Of a DNA stretch of 13,354 nt, positions 6,442 through 13,354 are shown in pieces. Numbering within the stretch: position 1 is the first letter of the stretch; each line of letters opens with the position of its first letter. The position numbers and the translations under genes were made by a program. Origin of the DNA: Candidatus Ratteibacteria bacterium (lineage in GTDB: Bacteria; Ratteibacteria; UBA8468; B48-G9; JAFGKM01). The notes below the pieces were generated by a model. That model had not been told where the DNA came from, did no database searches, and was given only the letters and a program-made list of their open reading frames with translations. The stretch is from NCBI GenBank assembly GCA_046296715.1, contig JBKBIN010000039.1, forward strand, positions 1-13,354. Direction: 5' to 3'.

Positions 6442-7494
6442 TTAAAAAATAACTTCTTTGCCTGTTTCTGAACTTATATATATTGCTTCAAGTATTTTTA
6501 TAACTTCTAAACTTTCCTCTGGTTTTACTGGAACTTCTTTATTTTCTTTTACACATTCAAGAAATACTCTTATTTCTTCATGATGTGGAGCAACATTTGG
6601 TAAAACATCTAATTTCAATTCAATATCCTGAAGTATTCCATTTTTCTCCTTTGCAAGCTTGCCATTAGGCCATTTTATTCCACCTTCTGTTCCAAATAGT
6701 GTTGTTGAAAAATCGCTTATTCCTTCCATATTTGCAAGAAAACTACAAGTTAGTGTCAAAGCCCTATTATCATAGAATCTAACAAATCCAGATGCAAAAT
6801 CTTCAACATTATATTTTTCTCTATCCCATTCACCCCACAGTCCTCTAATATCTTTCCTTTTTGCAAGTTTTGTTAAAGTAATTCCTTTTACAGAATGAAC
6901 TTTTGGACAACCCATAAACCAGTAAGTTAAATCAAGAATATGAACTCCTATATCAAACATAGGTCCACCACCTGAAAGATTTTTGTCTATAAAAGTTAAA
7001 CTTATTGGTAAGTGCCTTCTTCTTAAAGCATAAGCAATTGCAAAATAAATCTCTCCAAGTTCTCCCTGGTCAATCAATTTTTTTATAGCAACTGATTCTC
7101 TCATAAATCTCATATGTTGTGCAGCCATTAATTTTTTACCCGATTTTTTCGCTTCTTCTATCATTCCTTCAACTTCATCTTTCTTTATTGCAAGTGGTTT
7201 TTCACAAAGAACATGTTTTCCTGCTTTTAATGACGCAACTGTTGCTGGAAAATGAACTGTATTTGGTGCGCAAATATCAATAATATCAATTTCTTCAATT
7301 TTCAATAAGTCATCATAATTTTCAAAAACATATTTTATATTTAATTCATTTTTAGCAATATTTCTAACTGTTTCAGAAGGATCAGCAACTCCTATAACTT
7401 CAACATCCTGTAGTTTCTTCCAACCAGTATAATGTGGACCTCTTGCAATACCTCCAAATCCAATAAACCCAACTAAATACTTCCCATTTTTCAT
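6442..7494 (-). CDS. Gfo/Idh/MocA family NAD(P)-dependent oxidoreductase
   Basis: Rossmann GFIGFGGIA, ICAPNTVH, GKHVLCEKP, SGGGPMFDIGVHILDL (DxxxH), VEDFA; SD AAGGAGG. Confidence 0.93.
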   Translation of the reverse strand: MKNGKYLVGFIGFGGIARGPHYTGWKKLQDVEVIGVADPSETVRNIAKNELNIKYVFENYDDLLKIEEIDIIDICAPNTVHFPATVASLKAGKHVLCEKPLAIKKDEVEGMIEEAKKSGKKLMAAQHMRFMRESVAIKKLIDQGELGEIYFAIAYALRRRHLPISLTFIDKNLSGGGPMFDIGVHILDLTYWFMGCPKVHSVKGITLTKLAKRKDIRGLWGEWDREKYNVEDFASGFVRFYDNRALTLTCSFLANMEGISDFSTTLFGTEGGIKWPNGKLAKEKNGILQDIELKLDVLPNVAPHHEEIRVFLECVKENKEVPVKPEESLEVIKILEAIYISSETGKEVIF

Positions 7495-7508
7495 TTTATT
7501 CCCTCCTT

Positions 7509-7832
7509 TTAAATCTCACTTATACTTGTATCAGGACCATTTTTTACTTTAACAAATATTCTCAAACCTTTTGTAATAACTTCTATATTATCAATATCAA
7601 AATCATCTGGTAGAATTCTAATATGAGAAATATTTTCTCTTGGAACAATTATAATCCTTTTTTCTTTATCCATTTCAACAGGTGACAGTTGGCCTTTCAT
7701 AACAATAATACCCTTCCCTTCAACCATTATCCAATTCTCAGTAAATTTTAAAACTTTTCCAATAAAAACCCACAATCTCTGCTCTGAATAATACTTTTTA
7801 AACCTTATTTTTACAATTTTTCCTTCTACCAT
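7509..7832 (-). CDS. Hypothetical 107-aa beta-rich protein (possible Sm/Hfq-like fold)
   Basis: Fills the gap between acd and the Gfo gene (11 and 14 nt spacers), SD AGGAG, alternating hydrophobic beta-strand pattern. The fold call is inference. Confidence 0.8.
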   Translation of the reverse strand: MVEGKIVKIRFKKYYSEQRLWVFIGKVLKFTENWIMVEGKGIIVMKGQLSPVEMDKEKRIIIVPRENISHIRILPDDFDIDNIEVITKGLRIFVKVKNGPDTSISEI

Positions 7833-7843
7833 TCTCTTCTCCT

Positions 7844-9937
7844 TTAATTAAATTCAAATCCAAACCTTACATCAACAGCAATACACCCTTTTTCTCTTAC
7901 AATTAATGGATTTATATCCATTTCCTTTATAACTGGAAAATCTGAAACAAGTTGTGAAACTTTTAACAATGTCTCTTTAATTGAATTTACATCCATCTTT
8001 GGCATATTTCTAAAACCTTTCAAAATCTTACTTGTCTTTATTTCATTTATCATATTCTCTGCATCTATATCTGTAATTGGAATTACTCTAAAAGATACAT
8101 CTTTTAACAATTCAACATATATTCCTCCAAGACCAAACATAATCAAATGACCAAATTGGATATCTTTACTAACTCCTATGATAACCTCAATACCTTCTTT
8201 AATCATTGGTTGAATTTGAACTCCTATAATATTTGCATTTGGTTTATATTTTTTTGCCGAATCTATTATTTCAGTAAACGCTTTTTTACCTTCTTTTGGT
8301 TCTTTTATATTCAGTTTAATCCCACCTGCTTCTGTTTTATGGATTATGTCTGGTGAAACAAGTTTCATTACATAAAGGCCTTTATTTTCTTTCAAAAATT
8401 TCTCACATTCCTCTTGATTTTTTGCTAAAAAGGAATTTATTACATTTATACCATAAAGTGAAAGTATTTCTCTACCTTCAATATCTCCGACCATATTAAT
8501 CTTCTGTTTTCTAAAATACTCTATTTTTTCTTCAACTTTCTCTTTTTCAACTTTAAATTTGACTATTTTCCCAATTAAACTTTCTTCTATTCTTTTTCTA
8601 TAATCAGACATTGCTTTAAAAGAAAAGATTCCTCTTTCTGGAGAAAAATAATTAGGAATTTTATTTTCTTTCAAAATTTTTATACCTTGTTCAACCCTTT
8701 TTCCACCCATAAAACATGTAATTATTGGCTTGGTATGTTGTTTTGATTTTCTTACAATAGATTCTGCTGTCTCTTCTATTTGAGTTATTATCTGAGGAGT
8801 TAAAATAACCATAATTCCATCAACATTTTGATCAGAAATAACACATTCAATTGCTTTTTCATATCTATCTGCCTTTGCATCTCCAAGAATATCAACTGGA
8901 TTGTATACATTTGAAGCAGGTGGCAAAAAACTCTTTAAATTTTCTATAGTTTGAGGCGAAAATTCAGCGAGCTTAAGACCCATTTCTTCTATCATATCAA
9001 CAGCCATTACTGATGGTCCACCTGCATTTGTAACTATTCCAATACTTTCTCCTTTTAAAATTGGTTGATAGGAAAAAATTAAGGATAAATCAAAAAGTTC
9101 TTCAACTGTTTTTGCTCTTATCATTCCAGATTGTTTAATTGCTGAACCAAAGGCAATATCAGAACCAGATAATGAACCAGTATGAGAACTTGCTGTTTTT
9201 ATTCCTTTTTCTGTTTTTCCTCCTTTTATAACTATTATTGGTTTTTTAATACTTACACTTTTCCCAATATCAATTAACTTTCTTCCATCACTAATCCCTT
9301 CAAGATATAAAAGGATAACATTTGTATCAGGATCGTTTTCCAATTCCTCAATTAAATCAATTTCATTAACATCTGCTTTATTACCAAAACTTATAAATTT
9401 AGAAAATCCAATATTTTCTTTAATTGCCCAATCTAAAATTGCTGTTCCAAGAGCACCTGATTGAGTAATAAATGAGATTTTTCCTTCTGGTGGCATGTCA
9501 GAAGCAAAAGAAGCATTTAATCTGTTTTTTGTATCAATAATTCCAAGACAATTTGGACCAATAAGCCGCATTTTATATTTTTTAACTATTTCTATCAACC
9601 TTTCTTCTTTTTTCTTTCCTTCTTGGCCAGTTTCTTTAAATCCGGCAGAAATTACTATAAGCCCTTTAATTCCTTTCTTCCCACACTCTTCTGCAACATC
9701 ACAAACATAATCAGACGGTATTACTATTAAAGCAAGATCAACTAAATCAGGAATCTCTGAAACATTTTTATAACATCTTAAATTCAAAATTGTATCTGCA
9801 TTTGGATTTACTGGAAAAATCTTACCATTATATTTACCATCTATTATATTTTTTAAAATTTTAAATCCAAGTTTTTCTGGATTTGTAGAAGCCCCTACTA
9901 AACATATACTTTTGGGTTTGAAAAAAAATTCTAACAT
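7844..9937 (-). CDS. Acetate/acyl-CoA ligase (ADP-forming), fused alpha-beta subunits
   Basis: CoA-binding N-terminus (PKSICLVGAS, ISAGFKE, GPNCLG), TQSGALG, SFGNKAD, phospho-His SHTGSL, TNAGGP, NPVDILGDA; C-terminal ATP-grasp KLVSPDIIHKTEAGGI, FGLGGIYVE, DINPL. No GNAT domain. Confidence 0.9.
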   Translation of the reverse strand: MLEFFFKPKSICLVGASTNPEKLGFKILKNIIDGKYNGKIFPVNPNADTILNLRCYKNVSEIPDLVDLALIVIPSDYVCDVAEECGKKGIKGLIVISAGFKETGQEGKKKEERLIEIVKKYKMRLIGPNCLGIIDTKNRLNASFASDMPPEGKISFITQSGALGTAILDWAIKENIGFSKFISFGNKADVNEIDLIEELENDPDTNVILLYLEGISDGRKLIDIGKSVSIKKPIIVIKGGKTEKGIKTASSHTGSLSGSDIAFGSAIKQSGMIRAKTVEELFDLSLIFSYQPILKGESIGIVTNAGGPSVMAVDMIEEMGLKLAEFSPQTIENLKSFLPPASNVYNPVDILGDAKADRYEKAIECVISDQNVDGIMVILTPQIITQIEETAESIVRKSKQHTKPIITCFMGGKRVEQGIKILKENKIPNYFSPERGIFSFKAMSDYRKRIEESLIGKIVKFKVEKEKVEEKIEYFRKQKINMVGDIEGREILSLYGINVINSFLAKNQEECEKFLKENKGLYVMKLVSPDIIHKTEAGGIKLNIKEPKEGKKAFTEIIDSAKKYKPNANIIGVQIQPMIKEGIEVIIGVSKDIQFGHLIMFGLGGIYVELLKDVSFRVIPITDIDAENMINEIKTSKILKGFRNMPKMDVNSIKETLLKVSQLVSDFPVIKEMDINPLIVREKGCIAVDVRFGFEFN

Positions 9938-9960
9938 TATATTTCCCTTTTTAAAAAAAT

Positions 9961-9988
9961 ATTATAAACCTTAAAAAATTTTTTTCAA
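9961..9988 (-). promoter_or_regulatory. sigma70 promoter for the acyl-CoA ligase operon
   Basis: Minus strand TTGAAA (9988-9983), 16-nt spacer, TATAAT (9966-9961), within the 55-nt gap upstream of ATG 9937. Confidence 0.6.
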
Positions 9989-9992
9989 CTTT

Positions 9993-11279
9993 TTATTCGT
10001 ATCTTAATGCTTGTATTGGATCAAGATATGCTGCCTTTCTTGCTGGATAAATACCAAAGGTTATTCCAACACCAACAGATATTGTAAAAGAAAGTAAAAT
10101 TGACCACCATGTTATAACTGTTGTCATCCCTGCAAATTTAGTAACAAGTTTAGGAATTAAAATACCAAGCAATATTCCAATAAAGCCACCAACTGAAGAT
10201 AAAATCACTGTCTCAAGTAAAAATTGACTTATTATATCTTTTCTCTTTGCACCAACAGCCCTTCTTATACCTATTTCTCTTGTTCTTTCTGTAACTGTAG
10301 CAAGCATAATATTCATAATTCCAATCCCACCTACAATAAGAGAAATTGCAGCAATTGAACCTAAAACTATATTAAAAATTCTCTTTGTATGTTCTGCTTG
10401 GATTAATAATTGTAATGGAACTAAAATTTCATAATCATCTTTTTTATGATTTGTCTTAAGTATATTTTCAATTATTGCAGAAGTTGTTAAAATTTTATCT
10501 GAATCATTTACTTTAACTATAAATCTATGATACTTAACCCAATTTCTCTCCCATCTCATTATAGGACCTTGTTTTGAAGAAATTTCAAATTCTCCAAAAT
10601 ATGCTCTTCCAGTTGTAAATGGTATATATATATCAAAATTGATATCTTCTGCTATAAAACCAGTTGTTCCTGAAACTATACCCTTTTCTTTTGCCACACC
10701 AATTACTTTAAAATTATAACTTCTCACAGTAATTGTTTTTCCAATAGGGTCTTCTGTTGGAAACAAATTTTTTTTAATAGATGCTCCGATTACCGCATAT
10801 GGTTTAAACAATTCAAAATCAATCTGTGAAAAAAATCTTCCACTTTCAGTTATAACATTCATTACATCTTTATATTCAGGATATGTGCAAACAATTCTAC
10901 CTTGAATATTTTTCTCCATATATCTTATATCCTCTTTCATTTCCCATGTAGGAACTATAAAATCAACTGAAGGGATTGTTTTTATCATCTCATAGTCCTT
11001 TTCAATTAAACCATACATACCCACAAAAGTTATTGCTTCTTGAGTTATTCGTGCTTCTGGAAGTTTTACACTTTTTATAATTATATTTTGACTACCGAGT
11101 TCTTTTATTTTTTCTCTTGCTTCATAACTTGCTCCTTCTCCAATAGCAAGCATAGCGATTACAGAAGCAACACCAAAAACAATACCAAGAATAGTCAAAA
11201 AAGTCCTTAATTTATGAAGATATAAATTTTTTACTCCTATCTTAACAATCCTAAATAAATAATAAATTTTACCTTTCAT
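9993..11279 (-). CDS. MacB/FtsX-type ABC transporter permease
   Basis: HKLRTFLTILGIVFGVASVIAMLAIGEG, large periplasmic domain (GRFFS, AVIG), IAAISLIVGGIGIMNIMLATVTERTREIGIRRAVGA, FGIYPARKAAYLDPIQALRYE. Confidence 0.95.
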   Translation of the reverse strand: MKGKIYYLFRIVKIGVKNLYLHKLRTFLTILGIVFGVASVIAMLAIGEGASYEAREKIKELGSQNIIIKSVKLPEARITQEAITFVGMYGLIEKDYEMIKTIPSVDFIVPTWEMKEDIRYMEKNIQGRIVCTYPEYKDVMNVITESGRFFSQIDFELFKPYAVIGASIKKNLFPTEDPIGKTITVRSYNFKVIGVAKEKGIVSGTTGFIAEDINFDIYIPFTTGRAYFGEFEISSKQGPIMRWERNWVKYHRFIVKVNDSDKILTTSAIIENILKTNHKKDDYEILVPLQLLIQAEHTKRIFNIVLGSIAAISLIVGGIGIMNIMLATVTERTREIGIRRAVGAKRKDIISQFLLETVILSSVGGFIGILLGILIPKLVTKFAGMTTVITWWSILLSFTISVGVGITFGIYPARKAAYLDPIQALRYE

Positions 11280-11961
11280 CTATTATTTCTCCATCAAGTA
11301 TTTTAACAATCCTCTGGCCACATTCAGCAACTTTTACGTCATGAGTTATTATGATTATTGTTCTTCCCATTTCATTCAATTTCCTAAAAATCTCCATTAT
11401 TTCTTTTCCTGTCTTTGTATCAAGATTTCCTGTTGGTTCATCTCCAAGAATTATAACTGGTTGATTTACAAGAGCACGCGCTATTGCAACTCTTTGCTGT
11501 TGACCACCCGAAAGTTCAGTTGGTCTGTGATACATTCTATCTCCAAGTCCAACAAGATTAGCATAGTATTTTGCCTTTTCTTCTATCTCTTTTTCATCAA
11601 TACCTCTATAAATTAAAGGAAGGCCAATATTTTCAATCACATTTAATTGTGGAATTAAATTATAATTTTGAAAAACAAATCCAATTTTTTTATTCCTTAT
11701 TTCTGAAAGATGGTCATCATCAAGTTTTTTAACATCAACTCCGTCAAGATAATACTCTCCATCTGTTGGTTTGTCAAGACATCCAATTATATTTAAAAGA
11801 GTGGTTTTCCCACTCCCAGATGGTCCCATAATTGAAATATGTTCTTTTTCTTTAACAAAAAGATTTACATTTTTTAATGCAACAACTTTAACTTCTCCAA
11901 GGTCATATATTTTTTTTACTCCTTTCATTTTTATTAAAAGATTATCATTTACTTTGCTCAT
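11269..11961 (-). CDS. ABC transporter ATP-binding protein (MacB/LolD type)
   Basis: Walker A GPSGSGKT, Q-loop IGFVFQNYNL, signature LSGGQQQRVAIARAL, Walker B ILGDEPTGNLD, H-loop ITHD. Confidence 0.96.
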   Translation of the reverse strand: MSKVNDNLLIKMKGVKKIYDLGEVKVVALKNVNLFVKEKEHISIMGPSGSGKTTLLNIIGCLDKPTDGEYYLDGVDVKKLDDDHLSEIRNKKIGFVFQNYNLIPQLNVIENIGLPLIYRGIDEKEIEEKAKYYANLVGLGDRMYHRPTELSGGQQQRVAIARALVNQPVIILGDEPTGNLDTKTGKEIMEIFRKLNEMGRTIIIITHDVKVAECGQRIVKILDGEIIDER

Positions 11962-13354
11962 TTTTTGATTTTGTTTCTTCTTTCTTGGGTTCTATTTTTC
12001 CCTTTTCAACCATCTCTTCTTTTTTAACTGCGCCTTTTGTGGGTCCTTTATAACTTAAAACAACAACATCTCCTTCTTTTAATCCTTCTTTAACTTCAAC
12101 CATTGTTTCACTACTTTCTCCAAGTTTCACATATTTCCTTTCAATGCTTTTACTTTTAAGAACTTCACAATATGCCTGCCCTTTTTCAAAATTAATAGCA
12201 GTAATTGGAACTGCAATAACATTCTTTAATTCTTTGATAAGTATTTCAACATCTGCACTCATTCCAGGCCTCATTGTTTTATCTTTATCTATCAATTCTA
12301 TTTTTACAATATAAACATTAATGTCTGGATTTAGCATCTTTAATGACTGGTCTGGCATATTTGAAACCTGTATTACTTTACCTTTAAAAACCCTATTTGG
12401 AATTGAAGAAATTTTAACATTTGCCACCTGGCCAAGTGTAAGTTTTTGAATACTTGCTTCATGAACTTTAACTTCAACTCCCATAGAATTAAAATCAGGT
12501 AAATGCAAAAGTTCCTGAAATTGATAGACACTTGCTCCTGGTTGAATTTGAGTCCCTGTTGCTATTGCTCTAAAACCTACTGTGGTTGTAGGATATGTAA
12601 CAAATCCAGGAGAAGTTGCAATAATTGTACAATTTTTTATATTTTCTTCAAGTTCCAGAAGTTTTTTTTCATTTAACCTATAAGATGCTCTTTTACTTTT
12701 TAAATCTGATTCTGCCTGAACTAATCTTGATTTACATTTTGACTTTGTTCTTTCAAGTTCAGCAACTGCTTCAAGATAATTGGATAATAATTGTTCAACA
12801 TTTTTTGGAAATTCGTAATTAATAAAAAGTTGAAAAGATAATTGTGCCTGTTCAAAACTTACTTCTTTTTGCTTTAAAGATAATCTATCTGCTTCAAGTT
12901 CATTTTTAGTAATATAACCTTTTTCAGCAAGTTTTTTACTCCAATCAAGTTGATTTTGTGCTCTAATAACCTCTTCCTTAGCAATATCTATATTGTTTTC
13001 AACTTGCCTTTTCTTATTTAATGCTTCTCCACCAAGTTTATCACTATTTATAAGTTCTTTATAGTCAATATTTTCTCCTTTATTCCTTTTTTCAATCACT
13101 TGATTTGCAAGGGAACTCCCAAGATATTTCTCAAGGTCCATTTTTGCAAAATTAACTTTAAGTTCTGCATTTTTCATCATACTATCATTTTCTTTTTTCA
13201 CTATTTCAAGATTTTCCTGGGCATTTAAATAACTTGCATAACTATTCTCAACAGTAATCAACATCTGGTCTCTCTGGGTCTCAAGGTCGTTAGAATCAAG
13301 TTTTAGCAATACCTTTCCTTTTTTAACATCTTCTTCGGTTATTTCTGTCCCTTC
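11945..13354 (-). CDS. MacA-like efflux periplasmic adaptor (membrane fusion protein), 5'-partial
   Basis: The frame stays open from 13309 to the window end (EGTEITEEDVKKGKVLLKLDS, lipoyl-like half motif). Long helical region, CTIIATSPGFV, VKVHEASI, MRPGMSADVEI, VIAVPITAI, VKEGLKEGDVV. Confidence 0.9.
   Translation of the reverse strand, partial: EGTEITEEDVKKGKVLLKLDSNDLETQRDQMLITVENSYASYLNAQENLEIVKKENDSMMKNAELKVNFAKMDLEKYLGSSLANQVIEKRNKGENIDYKELINSDKLGGEALNKKRQVENNIDIAKEEVIRAQNQLDWSKKLAEKGYITKNELEADRLSLKQKEVSFEQAQLSFQLFINYEFPKNVEQLLSNYLEAVAELERTKSKCKSRLVQAESDLKSKRASYRLNEKKLLELEENIKNCTIIATSPGFVTYPTTTVGFRAIATGTQIQPGASVYQFQELLHLPDFNSMGVEVKVHEASIQKLTLGQVANVKISSIPNRVFKGKVIQVSNMPDQSLKMLNPDINVYIVKIELIDKDKTMRPGMSADVEILIKELKNVIAVPITAINFEKGQAYCEVLKSKSIERKYVKLGESSETMVEVKEGLKEGDVVVLSYKGPTKGAVKKEEMVEKGKIEPKKEETKSKNEQSK

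Noticed and set aside
7844..9937. Protein lysine acetyltransferase Pat/YfiQ
   Set aside because: No GNAT domain; the length (697 aa) and the intact phospho-His fit an ADP-forming ligase.
9971..9988. Near-palindrome TTAAAAAATTTTTTTCAA over the acd promoter as a Rex operator
   Set aside because: It lacks the informative GTG/CAC core of TTGTGAA-N4-TTCACAA, and A/T-tract palindromes are expected by chance at this composition.
8147..12822. Short plus-strand ORFs 8147-8356, 9495-9710, 11341-11616, 11771-11968, 12625-12822
   Set aside because: Antisense shadows of the acyl-CoA ligase and ABC exporter genes.
13307..13309. TTG at 13309 as the start of the adaptor gene
   Set aside because: The frame is open to the window edge and the upstream codons encode part of the lipoyl-like motif, so the true start lies outside the window.
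1..13354. CRISPR array, IS/prophage, defence system, tRNA or rRNA
   Set aside because: No regularly spaced repeats, no transposase, integrase or nuclease motifs, and the intergenic gaps are 148 nt or shorter with no cloverleaf-like sequence.

Overview
AT-rich, gene-dense bacterial chromosomal segment (strong AGGAGG-type Shine-Dalgarno sites, sigma70-like promoters; probably an anaerobe). I found no mobile element, CRISPR array, rRNA or tRNA. It has four apparent transcription blocks. (1) Minus strand 1795->1: multi-pass membrane protein, pyruvate/2-oxoacid:ferredoxin oxidoreductase gamma (porC) and delta (porD), then a TM + coiled-coil ORF missing from the ORF track that runs off the left edge. 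(2) Divergent plus strand 1876->5666: DegT/DnrJ/EryC1/StrS aminotransferase, two tandem amidohydrolase-fold genes (the first has lost its metal ligands, the second is intact) and an SGNH/GDSL hydrolase with a TTG start. (3) An MBL-fold hydrolase with its own promoter. (4) Minus strand 13354->6442: MacAB-type exporter (5'-truncated long adaptor, ATPase, permease), then from an internal promoter a fused ADP-forming acyl/acetyl-CoA synthetase, a small possibly Sm/Hfq-fold protein and a Gfo/Idh/MocA oxidoreductase. The best leads are the pseudo-enzyme/enzyme amidohydrolase pair in a possible amino-sugar operon, the Sm-like small protein, the interrupted por operon and a structured GC-richer element at ~5724-5763. 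All family calls come from recognising motifs by eye; no database search was run.
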